64,000 bases of DNA. Origin: Candidatus Lustribacter sp. (GTDB lineage Bacteria; Vulcanimicrobiota; Vulcanimicrobiia; Vulcanimicrobiales; Vulcanimicrobiaceae). Each line of letters opens with the position of its first letter. Position 1 is the first letter of the stretch. Below are positions 26,217 through 35,913 of the stretch, one piece after another. Both the position numbers and the translations under genes were made by a program. The DNA lies in the NCBI GenBank assembly GCA_965277805.1, contig OZ255842.1, forward strand, positions 2,208,001 to 2,272,000, written 5' to 3'. The notes below the pieces were generated by a model. It was given only the letters and a program-made list of their open reading frames with translations. It searched no databases and had not been told where the DNA came from.

Positions 26217-27764
26217 CTACGGCGCGCCGGAATTCGGCGTTCCCATCGCGGGGCTGCTCAACAGATACATGCCGCCGTTCGTGAAAGCCCAGATCAAGTT
26301 GCGATCCCATTCGATCGCGGTGCATTCGATCGGCGCCTTCACCGGTTCGGCAGCGTTCTTCCGGTCGGTCATCGGCGAGACGAAATAGGCCGTGATCTTC
26401 GCGTCGGCCGGATCGGTAATGTCGAAAATCTGAACGCCGCCTGTCTGGAACGGAAAGATCACCAGGTTCGGGTTCGCTTTACCGGGATGCCAGTAATATG
26501 CAGAACGCTTCGGGCCGAACTTGCCGCGCCGCAAAACGAAATCGGTGTACGGCGCTTCTTTCGGCGGCACCGGCCGCGGTAACGTCCCGATGATCGCCGG
26601 TTTGGCCGGATCCTTGACGTCGACGATGTAGACGTCCTTATAGGGCTCGTAACCGTCTTCGTTCATCGGATAGCCGTTGACCAAAACGAAGCCGCGCTCG
26701 GCGGCTCGCGTCGCGTCGATGTGATCGCCTTCGATGCCGCCAACGTTCAGCGGCAGCTCGAGACTTCCGAGCGTTTTGATATTGTTCGGATCCGCCAGGT
26801 CGAGCACGTGGAACCCGAGCCCGCCCATCACCGTGTACCCGTAGCGGCCGCCCTCTTCGAGCGGCTTGTCGACGACGATCGGCATGCGACCGCCGACCCA
26901 CGACGTGCGATTACCGTATTGCCGCCAGGCGTGATACGCATCTTCTTCGCCCAGGCGCTGGCCGGGAACCCACCAGCTGTTGACCAGCTTCGGGTTGGCC
27001 GGATCCTCGACGTCGAAGATCTGCTGTCCGGGTGAATACAGATAGCTCGGATATTCCTGATGGATGAACGTGTTGTCGGGCGCCGCACAGACGAACGCAT
27101 ACTTGCCGCCGTAATACGTCGGTGAGTCGAGCGCACCCGATCCCTCCTGCGCATGCGCGTGCGGATGCAATGGATCGGTGCTGATCTCGCCGATCTGCTT
27201 CCATTCGATCGGGCTCGTCATCTCGAAAATGCGAATTCCGCGCAGGCCGGGATTCGATTTGACCTTCGCGACTTTCACGGGATCGGTATACTTCGCGCCG
27301 CCGAGCGCCGCCGGGCCGCTACGCGGTACCTCGAAGGATTGGATCATGATCCACTTGCCGAGCTTCTTGTTGAACGCGATGGCCGCCGCGCCGAAAAACT
27401 CGGGGCCTTCCGGATACCGCTTCTCGAGAACGACCTTGAGGCTCTTCGGTTCGGTGATGTCGTACACGTTTACGCGCGCGCGGTAGTAATGATACATGTA
27501 CCGGCGGCCGTTCATGTCGATGATGTTTTGGAAGCTGACGCCGGGAATGACGAGCTCGGGCCAGCGTCCTTCGACCGTCATGTTATGGACGTATTCGGCA
27601 TCCTCGAGATAGTCGAGGCTCCCTTTAACCGGCCGCGGCCCCTGTGTGTACGGCGCCGCCGCCGGATGCTTGTAGATGCCGGTCGCGGGATCGACGCCGA
27701 ACGTCGACGGATCCGGATGGCTCGGCTCGTTTGGTCCGCGCGGCGGGGTGACGGTTTCACTCAC
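26217..27764 (-). CDS. Hypothetical protein, LVIVD-repeat/beta-propeller-like
   Basis: Repeated units VYDITEP, IFDVEDPANP, VLDLADPNN, IVDVKDPAKP and IFDITDPAD. GGGAG RBS with GTG start. No signal peptide. Confidence 0.7.
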   Translation of the reverse strand: MSETVTPPRGPNEPSHPDPSTFGVDPATGIYKHPAAAPYTQGPRPVKGSLDYLEDAEYVHNMTVEGRWPELVIPGVSFQNIIDMNGRRYMYHYYRARVNVYDITEPKSLKVVLEKRYPEGPEFFGAAAIAFNKKLGKWIMIQSFEVPRSGPAALGGAKYTDPVKVAKVKSNPGLRGIRIFEMTSPIEWKQIGEISTDPLHPHAHAQEGSGALDSPTYYGGKYAFVCAAPDNTFIHQEYPSYLYSPGQQIFDVEDPANPKLVNSWWVPGQRLGEEDAYHAWRQYGNRTSWVGGRMPIVVDKPLEEGGRYGYTVMGGLGFHVLDLADPNNIKTLGSLELPLNVGGIEGDHIDATRAAERGFVLVNGYPMNEDGYEPYKDVYIVDVKDPAKPAIIGTLPRPVPPKEAPYTDFVLRRGKFGPKRSAYYWHPGKANPNLVIFPFQTGGVQIFDITDPADAKITAYFVSPMTDRKNAAEPVKAPIECTAIEWDRNLIWAFTNGGMYLLSSPAMGTPNSGAP

Positions 27765-27778
27765 GATTCGACGACTCC

Positions 27779-28990
27779 CTAAAGAAAGATATCGCGGTTG
27801 TCCGCTTCGCTGCCGCCGAGCATCACCCGGCCCCAGCCGCGGCCCGCCGGCTCGTACTGATTGTTCACGTGCTGCCGGCCGACGTTGATGTCGGCCAAAA
27901 ACCGGCCGAACGGGCTGCTCTCAACGTAGATGCCCGATGCACCGGCGGCCTTGAAGAGACGCGCGGCCAAGAGACTTGCGCGTTCGACCGCATAGGAGAC
28001 CTGAAACTTGTACTGCATCCGCTCCCGCAGCGGCGGCGTCTCGCCGCGCGCGGCGTAGTCCGTCAATGTGGCGATGTTGCGGTTGAACGCGAGCTTGCAC
28101 TCATCGATTGCGACCGCCGTTTCCGCACACAGCAGCTGTGCGACCGGATCTTGCTGCGTCGGGCCGATGCCGCGCGCGATGCGCTTCTGACCGTACGCGA
28201 GATAGGCATCCAGCATGCCTTGAAGTCCGCCGATCATGAGCGTCGAGACGCTCATCGCGAACACCTGACCGAACGGGATCCGATAGAGCGGCGCCGTGTT
28301 GACGGCCTGACCCGGTCCCGTGCAGAGAAAGAGATCGCTTTGCTTGATCGCGCGGTGTGCCGGAATGAACGCGTCCTCGACGACGATGTCGCGGCTGCCG
28401 GTGCCGCGCAGTCCGGCAACGTTCCACGTGTCGACGATCTGATAATCGGAACGCGGCAACAGCACGCGCCACTCCGCAGCACCGCCCGCCGCATCTTCCA
28501 CGCGGCAGCCGCCGAGAAACGTCCAGTCGGTGTGGTCGCAGCCGCTCGCAAAACGCCAGCGTCCGGTGAGGCGAAAGCCGCCCTCTACCGGGATCGCCTT
28601 GTTGCCGGGACCCCCGGCGGACGTGCCGCAAATCAGCACCGACTGATCGCTGCCCCAGACGTCTTGCGCCGTGCGGTCGTCGAACAGCGCCATCAGAAAC
28701 GGCTCGACGGCAAGCACCGCGTACACCCACGCGGTCGACATGCAGCCTTCAGCCAGAGTCATCTGGATATCATTGGCCACGTCGAGGCCTAGTTCGTAAC
28801 CGCCCCAGCGTTTTGGCTGCATGACGCGAAAAAGGCCCGCGGCTTGCATCTCGGCGATCGACTCTTTCGGCACGACGCGATCGTGCTCGGTCTGCGCGGC
28901 GCGCTGCGCGAGAACCGGAACGAGCGCGCGCGCTCGCGCGATCAGTTGGGCGCCGCCGGGAATCGTATCCGTCTTGGCAATCGTATCCAT
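27779..28990 (-). CDS. Acyl-CoA dehydrogenase-fold flavin monooxygenase (HsaA/C2-HpaH-like)
   Basis: GLFRVMQPKRWGG, GCMSTAW, GRWRFASGCDH and DTWNVAGLRGTGS. GGAG RBS before ATG 28990. Confidence 0.88.
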   Translation of the reverse strand: MDTIAKTDTIPGGAQLIARARALVPVLAQRAAQTEHDRVVPKESIAEMQAAGLFRVMQPKRWGGYELGLDVANDIQMTLAEGCMSTAWVYAVLAVEPFLMALFDDRTAQDVWGSDQSVLICGTSAGGPGNKAIPVEGGFRLTGRWRFASGCDHTDWTFLGGCRVEDAAGGAAEWRVLLPRSDYQIVDTWNVAGLRGTGSRDIVVEDAFIPAHRAIKQSDLFLCTGPGQAVNTAPLYRIPFGQVFAMSVSTLMIGGLQGMLDAYLAYGQKRIARGIGPTQQDPVAQLLCAETAVAIDECKLAFNRNIATLTDYAARGETPPLRERMQYKFQVSYAVERASLLAARLFKAAGASGIYVESSPFGRFLADINVGRQHVNNQYEPAGRGWGRVMLGGSEADNRDIFL

Positions 28991-29004
28991 CAACGCATCT
29001 CCAT

Positions 29005-29670
29005 TCAAACGTGACCGAACTTTTGCAACGCATCTTGAAGGGTAAGTCCGCCGGCGACTTCGGCCCGGATCCGCTGCTCGACGGCGGTCAACTGTTCGGA
29101 CCGTTCCAGCACGGCGACGACGATGTCCGACGGGATGACGATCACGCCATCCTCATCGCCCAGAACGAAATCCCCCGGCTTGACCAGCACGCGTGCCGTG
29201 GTCGCTCCGCGTATGTAGACGTCTTCCTGACAACCCGTCACGCGCCAGCGGCCGATCGACTGCACCGGCGTTCGATAACGCGCGTACACGGGAAAGCCCA
29301 TCTCTCCGATCCAGCGAACGTCGCGAATTCCGCCGTCGACGACCGCGCCCACGCTGCCCCGTTCGCGCATGCCGAGCGCGATCAATTCGCCGAAGTAGCA
29401 GATGCCGTCGCCGTCACCGCTCCAGACGCTGACTTGGCCGGCGCCGATTCCGTTCGCGGCCGCCATCTTCGCCGCATCACCAGTGCCTTCGTAGGGAACC
29501 ATCTGTCCGCGCACGGTGTACGCCCAACCGGCGAGCTTGCCGGCAGAGGCGGGATACGGCGCAAACTCGGCGCTCAAGCCCTGATCGAAATGGCCGAGTT
29601 CATCGAGGATGTCGGCCACGACCGATGTGTCGATGCCGGCGAACCGCGTCCGGATATCGTCGTTGTTCAT
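29005..29670 (-). CDS. RraA-like / HMG-CHA aldolase family protein
   Basis: FGELIA, GAVVDGGIRD and VKPGDFVLGDEDGVIVIP. Confidence 0.85.
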   Translation of the reverse strand: MNNDDIRTRFAGIDTSVVADILDELGHFDQGLSAEFAPYPASAGKLAGWAYTVRGQMVPYEGTGDAAKMAAANGIGAGQVSVWSGDGDGICYFGELIALGMRERGSVGAVVDGGIRDVRWIGEMGFPVYARYRTPVQSIGRWRVTGCQEDVYIRGATTARVLVKPGDFVLGDEDGVIVIPSDIVVAVLERSEQLTAVEQRIRAEVAGGLTLQDALQKFGHV

Positions 29671-29677
29671 GCGTTCC

Positions 29678-30481
29678 TCAACTGCCGACGCGCAACGGCG
29701 AAACCAAACCGCGCAAGAGAGCGAGGGTGGAAAGCGCGGTGATCTTGCCGGTCTTCGGATTTTCTTCGCTCGGGACGTTTTCGATCATCATCGTGAGCCG
29801 CGCGCTGTCGGCTTCAACGACGATGCGATGGGTGTTGCGCGTCAGCGCCGGATCGGCCCAAATTTCCATCTGCGTGCGATCCGGGCCGATGCCCGCGAGA
29901 CTCAACGCGGCCGCGACGTTGACGTTGGCCGGAAAGCCGCGCGCCCCGTCGCGCGCGCTGCCCGCGAACACGAGCAGCGGCTCGGTGAGGCCGTCGACGC
30001 TGATGCCGTGCTCGAGCAGATAGGGCGCACCCGCAAGTCCGGCCGGCGGCTTCCGCGTCACCATATTCACCGACGCGACCGCACCTTCGGCCGCCGCCTT
30101 GACGGCATCGAGCCCGAGAAGTGCGCCGGTCGGCACGAGAATGCGCGCGCCGGTCGCCCGCGCCGTTTCGATGAGATCGCCTTCGTCGAGCAACGCGCCG
30201 ACGGACAGCGGAACGAAGATGCGGCCTTTCGCGATCACCGGCTCGGCAACGGACCGGAAGAGCGCGCGCGGCAACGACTCGACTACGATGTCGCACGCAT
30301 CGGCGAGCCCGTCAAAGTCCAGACTCGGAACGGCGGAGCCGAGCCGGCCGGCAACCGTCGCGGCGTTCCGGACCGCGACGGCCGTCAGTTCGAGCTCGGG
30401 GATCGCACCGGCGAGCAGCGCTCGCCCCAGGGCGGTGCCGATGGCGCCGAGACCGGCGATGCCCACCCGCAAGCGGCTCAG
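29678..30481 (-). CDS. nadX: L-aspartate dehydrogenase homologue
   Basis: RVGIAGLGAIG, SVGAL, TGALLGLDA, TRKPP, FPANVNVAAAL, NTHRI and ENPKTG. Start is CTG 30481 (CTGA overlap) or TTG 30472. Confidence 0.88.
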   Translation of the reverse strand: MSRLRVGIAGLGAIGTALGRALLAGAIPELELTAVAVRNAATVAGRLGSAVPSLDFDGLADACDIVVESLPRALFRSVAEPVIAKGRIFVPLSVGALLDEGDLIETARATGARILVPTGALLGLDAVKAAAEGAVASVNMVTRKPPAGLAGAPYLLEHGISVDGLTEPLLVFAGSARDGARGFPANVNVAAALSLAGIGPDRTQMEIWADPALTRNTHRIVVEADSARLTMMIENVPSEENPKTGKITALSTLALLRGLVSPLRVGS

Positions 30482-31137
30482 GCGACCACGCCCTCGCGGT
30501 TGCGAATGATGCGCAGAACGTTGTTGCTCAGGCGTGCGTCGTGATCGCGCATCGCGATGAACGCCGCCTCCGGTTCGCCCGCGAAGATCGCGCGTGCGAT
30601 GGCCTCGTGCTCGGCGTGTGAAACTTCGAGCCGGCCTTCGACTTCGGGTTGCGTTTGGCGATAGGGCGCGAGGCGATCGCGGAGGTCGCCGAGCATCGTG
30701 ATGAGGACGCCGTTGTGCGTGCCGCGCGCGATGGCCGCGTGAAATTGATTGTTCGCATCGAGGTAGCTCGAATAGTCGCCGCTCACCGCGCGCTGCGCGC
30801 ACAGCTGATGCAACAGCTCGAGTTCTTTGCGCTCCATCGTGGTCATCAACTCGGTCGCGCGGCGCGCGCAGAGCGCCTCGATCTCGCACTGCGCTTCGAA
30901 CAGCTCCGAAAGCTGGTCGAGCGAGATCGTGGCGACGACGACGCCCCGGCGCGGCATGATCTCGACCAGCCCGCGCTCTTGCAGGCCACGCAGCGCCTCG
31001 CGGACAGGCGTCCGCGATACCTCGAAGCGCTCGGCCAGGTCGCGCTCGTCGAGGCGTTCGCCGGGCTTGATGACGCCCGTGATGATCTGCTCGGCTAGCG
31101 TCTCGTAGAGCCGCCGGCCCATCGTCGGTGATTCCAT
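30478..31137 (-). CDS. GntR family (FCD domain) regulator
   Basis: PGERLDERDLAERFEVSRTPVREAL, NNQFH and EHEAIARAI. Confidence 0.92.
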   Translation of the reverse strand: MESPTMGRRLYETLAEQIITGVIKPGERLDERDLAERFEVSRTPVREALRGLQERGLVEIMPRRGVVVATISLDQLSELFEAQCEIEALCARRATELMTTMERKELELLHQLCAQRAVSGDYSSYLDANNQFHAAIARGTHNGVLITMLGDLRDRLAPYRQTQPEVEGRLEVSHAEHEAIARAIFAGEPEAAFIAMRDHDARLSNNVLRIIRNREGVVA

Positions 31138-31148
31138 GCTGGGCACCC

Positions 31149-31197
31149 TTGACTATCTGGTATACCAATGATAGCGTTTCGTATACCAGAGCGTCAA
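31149..31197. promoter_or_regulatory. Inverted GntR-type boxes with overlapping divergent promoters
   Basis: TTGACtaTCTGGTATAC (31149-31165) is inverted relative to GTATACCAGAgcGTCAA (31181-31197). Plus TTGACT-17-TAGCGT; minus TTGACG-18-TATCAT. Confidence 0.72.
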
Positions 31198-31210
31198 CAG
31201 GGAGTACCCG

Positions 31211-31642
31211 ATGACCAAGTTGCGCCATATCGCGATTGCCGTCCGCGACCCCGAGGCCTGCGCCAAATTCTTCGAAAGCGCGTTCGGGATGACGCGCGCC
31301 GGCAACGCCATGCGCGGCGTGTATCTGACTGACGGCACGGTGAACGTCGCCCTCCTGGACTTCAAAGATGAAGTCGTCGCCGGCCATGAAGACCGGCCCG
31401 GCGTACAAGGCATCATCCACTTCGGCATGTGGGTCGACAACCTCGATGAGTCCGAGGCAGCGATCACCGCAGCCGGCGGCAAGTATCTGACCGGCCGCCA
31501 AGAGGGCGAAACCTCAAACCCCAACGTGTTCTATGAGGTGAAGTACACGACACCGGAAGGCTTCGTCTTCGACATCACGGAGACGGGCTGGCGCGGCGCG
31601 GTCAAGGACGTCATTCCGGCGCCCGATCTGGCGGCGAAATGA
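31211..31642 (+). CDS. VOC/glyoxalase family protein
   Basis: KLRHIAIAVRDP, YLTDGTVNVALL, HFGMWV and YEVKY. GGGAG RBS. Confidence 0.87.
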   Translation: MTKLRHIAIAVRDPEACAKFFESAFGMTRAGNAMRGVYLTDGTVNVALLDFKDEVVAGHEDRPGVQGIIHFGMWVDNLDESEAAITAAGGKYLTGRQEGETSNPNVFYEVKYTTPEGFVFDITETGWRGAVKDVIPAPDLAAK

Positions 31643-33156
31643 ATCGGCGCGAAATCATCGGCGGCCTGGCTGCCGGCGCTTCGATCCCGTTGCTTGGCGC
31701 CGCGCCCACACCGCCCAAACGCGGCGGCATCTTGCGCGTTGCGGCCGACTTTCAGCCGACGAACCTCGATCCGATCGCCGGATCGCAAGGCGGCGACTTC
31801 CGTTTTCTGTATCCGATCTATCAGTCGCTGGTCGATTGGGACCCGAGTACGCTGAAAGCGGTTCCGGGCCTCGCGACAAAATGGACGTTCACCGATCCGC
31901 AAACGCTCGTGCTCGAACTGCGCCAAGGCGTCAAGTTCCACGACGGAACGCGCTTCGACGCGGCGGCGGCGAAGTTCAATCTCGATCGTTCGAAAACGGA
32001 CCCGAAATCGAACGTCAAGAGCGATCTCGCTTCGGTGAGCTCGATCGCGGTCACCGGTCCGTATCAGCTCACCCTGAAACTCAACCGGCCCAATTCCGCC
32101 CTGCCGTCGATCCTCGCCGAGCGGTCGGGCTTGATGGCCTCGCCGGCGGCGATTCAAAAGTTCGGCGCCGATTTCGCGCGTAATCCGGTCGGGACCGGCC
32201 CCTGGAAGTTTTCGCTGTGGCGCGACAACGACATCCTCTCGGTTCGGCGAAACGACGCCTACTGGCAGCCGGGCAAGCCGTACCTCGACGGCATCGACTT
32301 TCACATCATTGCCGACATCAACATCGGCCTGCGCTCGGTGATCGCCGGCGAGAACGATCTCGTCACATCGATGTCGTCGGCGCAAAAAGCGGTGGTCGAT
32401 CGATCGGACCTGGCCTCGAGTTTTGCCACGTCGCAAGCGATGTTCCCGATCTGGCTGAACTATGCGCGCAAACCGTTCGACGACGTGCGCGTGCGTCAAG
32501 CTCTCAACTACGCCGTCGACCGCAACGCCTTCAACAAGGCGACCGAAGCCGGCCTGAATGAAGTCGCCAACGGCATCCTGCCGAAGTCGCACTGGGCCTA
32601 CGATCCGACGATCCAGAACCGCTATTCCTACGATCCGGCCCGAGCGAAACAGCTGCTCGGCGCCGCCGGGCTCGGTTCCGGATTCGACATGTCGCTGATC
32701 GGCCCGACCGACGAGCTGTCGCGCCAACGCCAGCAAGTCGTCATCGAACAGCTAAAACAAGTCGGCATCCGCGTCACGCTAATGGGCTTTTCCGTCAACG
32801 ACGCCATCAAGTCGTTCTTCACCGATAAGAAAGGCGACGCGCTCCTCATCCTATGGGGCGGCCGTCCCGATCCGACGATGACGTTCCGCGACCTCTTCAG
32901 CAAAGATTCGTTTTACAACCCGGCGCGCACCGAACCCGACGGCTATGGCGAGGCACTGGCCACGACCGAAGCCAGCCAAGATATCGACGTTCGTGCCAAG
33001 CTCCTCTCGAAAGTCCAGCATATCGCTTCCGATAGCGCGCTGATGGTTCCGCTGGTCTTCGATTCGCAATACGCGGCGTATTCGAAGAAAGTGAAGGGCT
33101 ATCGGCCCAACCTCTTCGGCCGGCCGCGTTACGACAACGTCTCGATCGAAAGCTAA
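31639..33156 (+). CDS. ABC solute-binding protein family 5 (DppA/OppA-like)
   Basis: LRQGVKFHDGTRFDA, PVGTGPW, PYLDGI and PFDDVRVRQALNYAVDR. Tat-like MNRREII. Confidence 0.92.
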   Translation: MNRREIIGGLAAGASIPLLGAAPTPPKRGGILRVAADFQPTNLDPIAGSQGGDFRFLYPIYQSLVDWDPSTLKAVPGLATKWTFTDPQTLVLELRQGVKFHDGTRFDAAAAKFNLDRSKTDPKSNVKSDLASVSSIAVTGPYQLTLKLNRPNSALPSILAERSGLMASPAAIQKFGADFARNPVGTGPWKFSLWRDNDILSVRRNDAYWQPGKPYLDGIDFHIIADINIGLRSVIAGENDLVTSMSSAQKAVVDRSDLASSFATSQAMFPIWLNYARKPFDDVRVRQALNYAVDRNAFNKATEAGLNEVANGILPKSHWAYDPTIQNRYSYDPARAKQLLGAAGLGSGFDMSLIGPTDELSRQRQQVVIEQLKQVGIRVTLMGFSVNDAIKSFFTDKKGDALLILWGGRPDPTMTFRDLFSKDSFYNPARTEPDGYGEALATTEASQDIDVRAKLLSKVQHIASDSALMVPLVFDSQYAAYSKKVKGYRPNLFGRPRYDNVSIES

Positions 33157-33159
33157 AAC

Positions 33160-34104
33160 GTGGTGAAGCGGTGGCGATGGATCGGAAATCGCCTGCTGCA
33201 GATCGTCCCCGTGATCGTGCTGGCGACATTCATCGTCTTCGGCTTGTTGCAACTCGTGCCGGGCGATCCCGCCGTCACGCTGGCCGGCGATTCGGCCTCA
33301 CCGCAACGGATTGCGGAAATCCGCCGGATCTACGGGCTCGACAAACCGTTTCTCGTGCAATACGGAATCTGGCTCGGCCACGCAGCGCAAGGCGACCTCT
33401 CGAAGTCGCTCCTCTCCGGCGAGCCGGTGCGCGATTCGATCGTGCACCGTCTTCCGAACACGCTCCTCATCGTCGCCGGATCGCTTCTGCTATCACTGCT
33501 GGCCGGCATACCGCTGGGCGTGGCGGCGGCGATACGGCCGGGATCGCGCATCGACCGTTTCATCATGTCCTTGTCCTCACTCGGCGTCGCGGTGCCGAGC
33601 TTCTGGCTCGCGATGATGCTCGTGTCGGTGTTTGCGTTGAGCCTGCGCTGGCTGCCGGCCACCGGCATCGGCGACGATCCGGCCGCCGCATTGAAGCACG
33701 CGATCCTGCCGTCGATTGCATTGAGCGCCGGCGGGATCGCCACCATCGCGCAACAACTGCGCAGCGCCCTTGCCGAGGTGCTCTCATCGCAATACGTCCG
33801 CACGCTGCGCGCGAAGGGACTCTCTTCGGCGGCGATCTTGTGGAAGCACGGGCTCAAAAACGCGAGCGTGCCGCTGCTGACGGTCACCGGTCTCTTGATC
33901 AACCGGCTGCTCGGCGCGACGGTCGTGATCGAGGCGGTGTTTGCGATTCCGGGCACCGGTAGCCTCGTCGTCAACGCGGCGATCGGCAAGGACTTTCCGG
34001 TCGTGCAAGGCGTCGTGCTGACGATGGTCGTGCTCGTGATCCTCGTCAATCTGGTCGTCGACGGGTTGTACACGTTCCTCGATCCGCGAGTATCGCAAGG
34101 ATGA
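33160..34104 (+). CDS. Peptide/nickel ABC permease (DppB-like)
   Basis: LVPGDPA, GLDKP, YVRTLRAKGL, VIEAVFAIPG and DFPVVQG. Confidence 0.92.
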   Translation: MVKRWRWIGNRLLQIVPVIVLATFIVFGLLQLVPGDPAVTLAGDSASPQRIAEIRRIYGLDKPFLVQYGIWLGHAAQGDLSKSLLSGEPVRDSIVHRLPNTLLIVAGSLLLSLLAGIPLGVAAAIRPGSRIDRFIMSLSSLGVAVPSFWLAMMLVSVFALSLRWLPATGIGDDPAAALKHAILPSIALSAGGIATIAQQLRSALAEVLSSQYVRTLRAKGLSSAAILWKHGLKNASVPLLTVTGLLINRLLGATVVIEAVFAIPGTGSLVVNAAIGKDFPVVQGVVLTMVVLVILVNLVVDGLYTFLDPRVSQG

Positions 34105-34958
34105 AGCCGTGGTTCGCGCAGGTGCTGCTTTGGCTGCGCGGGGATCTCCGGGCCTCGCTTGCGCTCGGATTCCTCGTGTGCTTGGCACTGCTCAGCGTGT
34201 TCGCACCGCTCGTTGCGCCGTATTCCCCGACCGATCAAAATTACGACGTCATGCTGCAGGGTCCATCGGCGCACCATTTGCTCGGCACCGACGATCTCGG
34301 ACGCGACACGTTGAGCCGGCTGCTCTTCGGCGCGCCCGTGTCGCTATATGCGAGCATCATGTCGGTCGCGATCGGCCTTGCACTCGGGCTTCCGTTCGGG
34401 CTGTGCGCGGGATACTTCGGCGGCAAAGCCGATCTCGTGATCAGCCGGATCATCGACACCTTGCTCTCGTTTCCGGGAATCGTCTTGGCGATCGGCGTGA
34501 CCGGCGCGCTCGGAATCGGCATGGTGAACTCGATGATCGCGGTCGGCATCGTCTTTTCACCTGAGATCGCGCGCCTGATTCGCGGTCAGACGCTGGTGCT
34601 CAGAGGCGAACTCTTCGTCGATGCCGCGCGCGGCTTCGGCGCCGGTACCGCGCGCATTTTGGTCCGCCACATTTTGCCCAATGCCGTCGGCCCGGTGATC
34701 GTTCAGGTCACGCTGCTCCTCGCGGTCGCGCTGTTGATTCAAGCGAGCTTGAGTTTTCTCGGCCTTGGAGCGCAGCCGCCGTCACCGAGTTGGGGCGCGA
34801 TGTTGGCCGACGCCTACGCGCACATGGACGCTGCTCCCGGACAAATGTATCCGCCGGGCATCGCAATTCTGCTGACCGCGCTTGCTTTCAATGCGCTGGG
34901 TGATTCGCTGCGAACGGCGCTCGACCCGAAACTTCGCCGGCTCGAGGCGCAGCGGTGA
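34101..34958 (+). CDS. Peptide/nickel ABC permease (DppC-like)
   Basis: HLLGTDDLGRD, RHILPN and LSFLGLGAQPPSPSWG. Confidence 0.92.
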   Translation: MKPWFAQVLLWLRGDLRASLALGFLVCLALLSVFAPLVAPYSPTDQNYDVMLQGPSAHHLLGTDDLGRDTLSRLLFGAPVSLYASIMSVAIGLALGLPFGLCAGYFGGKADLVISRIIDTLLSFPGIVLAIGVTGALGIGMVNSMIAVGIVFSPEIARLIRGQTLVLRGELFVDAARGFGAGTARILVRHILPNAVGPVIVQVTLLLAVALLIQASLSFLGLGAQPPSPSWGAMLADAYAHMDAAPGQMYPPGIAILLTALAFNALGDSLRTALDPKLRRLEAQR

Positions 34959-35913
34959 AATGGCACGCGTTCCAGTGATCGGGACTATACTGCACCCACG
35001 CCGGTTCTTCTTCGGCGCAGCGCTCCGCTGCAAGCGGGCAGCGGGTGCGAAAGCGGCAGCCCGACGGCGGCGAAATCGGACTTGGGATCTCGCCCTCGAG
35101 AACGATGCGCTTTTCCGGCCGCATGGCCTTGGGCAGCGGCACCGGCTCGGACGACAGCAAGGCTTCCGTGTACGGATGCAGCGGCCGACGCATGATGTCG
35201 TCGGCCGGCCCCAGCTCGACGACTTTGCCCAAATACATCACGCCGATCCGGTCGGCGATATGCGCCACGACGCCGAGGTCGTGAGTGATGAAGACGTACG
35301 CCAAGCCGAGCTCGGCTTGCAGACGCACGAACAGATTGAGAATGTCGGCCTGGATCGAGACGTCGAGCGCGGCAACGACTTCGTCGCAGACGAGCAGTTT
35401 CGGATCGAGCGCCAGCGCGCGCGCGATGTTTGCACGCTGCTTTTGGCCGCCGGAGATCTCGTGCGGATACCGCGCGGCGAATTCGGCCGCAAGACCGACG
35501 CGATCGAGCAGTTCTACAACGCGGTGCTCCCGCTCCGCTGCGGTTTCCACGTTGACGATGTCGAGCGGCTCGCGCACGCTTTGGCCGATCGTCATGCGGG
35601 GATCGAGCGCGGCATTCGGATCCTGGAACACGATTTGAAAGGCGCGCCGGTGCGCGGCAAATTCGCGCCGGCGCATCGTCGCCGGATCCGCACCCGACTG
35701 CAGCACGCGCCCGCTCGTGGGCCGCAGGAACCCGGCCATCGCCCGCCCCAGGGTCGATTTGCCCGAACCCGACTCGCCGATGATGCCCAACGTTTCGCCG
35801 GGTGCGACCGACAGCGTCACGCCGTCAACGGCCTTGACGGTTTCGCCGCGATGTCCCGACGGAAAGTGCACGGCCACGTTCTCGATCTCGAGCAGCGGCG
35901 CGAGCGCGTTCAC
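34888..35913 (-). CDS. Peptide ABC ATP-binding protein (DppF-like)
   Basis: GTG 35913 overlaps the previous stop. GESGSGKST, ISGGQKQR, HPYTEALL and PPSGCRFRTRCP. Confidence 0.92.
   Translation of the reverse strand: MNALAPLLEIENVAVHFPSGHRGETVKAVDGVTLSVAPGETLGIIGESGSGKSTLGRAMAGFLRPTSGRVLQSGADPATMRRREFAAHRRAFQIVFQDPNAALDPRMTIGQSVREPLDIVNVETAAEREHRVVELLDRVGLAAEFAARYPHEISGGQKQRANIARALALDPKLLVCDEVVAALDVSIQADILNLFVRLQAELGLAYVFITHDLGVVAHIADRIGVMYLGKVVELGPADDIMRRPLHPYTEALLSSEPVPLPKAMRPEKRIVLEGEIPSPISPPSGCRFRTRCPLAAERCAEEEPAWVQYSPDHWNACHFTAAPRAGEVSGRAPFAANHPAH

Noticed and set aside
29678-31501. 607-aa ORF suggesting a large NadX fusion
   Set aside because: The N-terminal 340 aa overlap gntR in another frame and lie antisense to the VOC gene. 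Only 29678-30481 is NadX-like.
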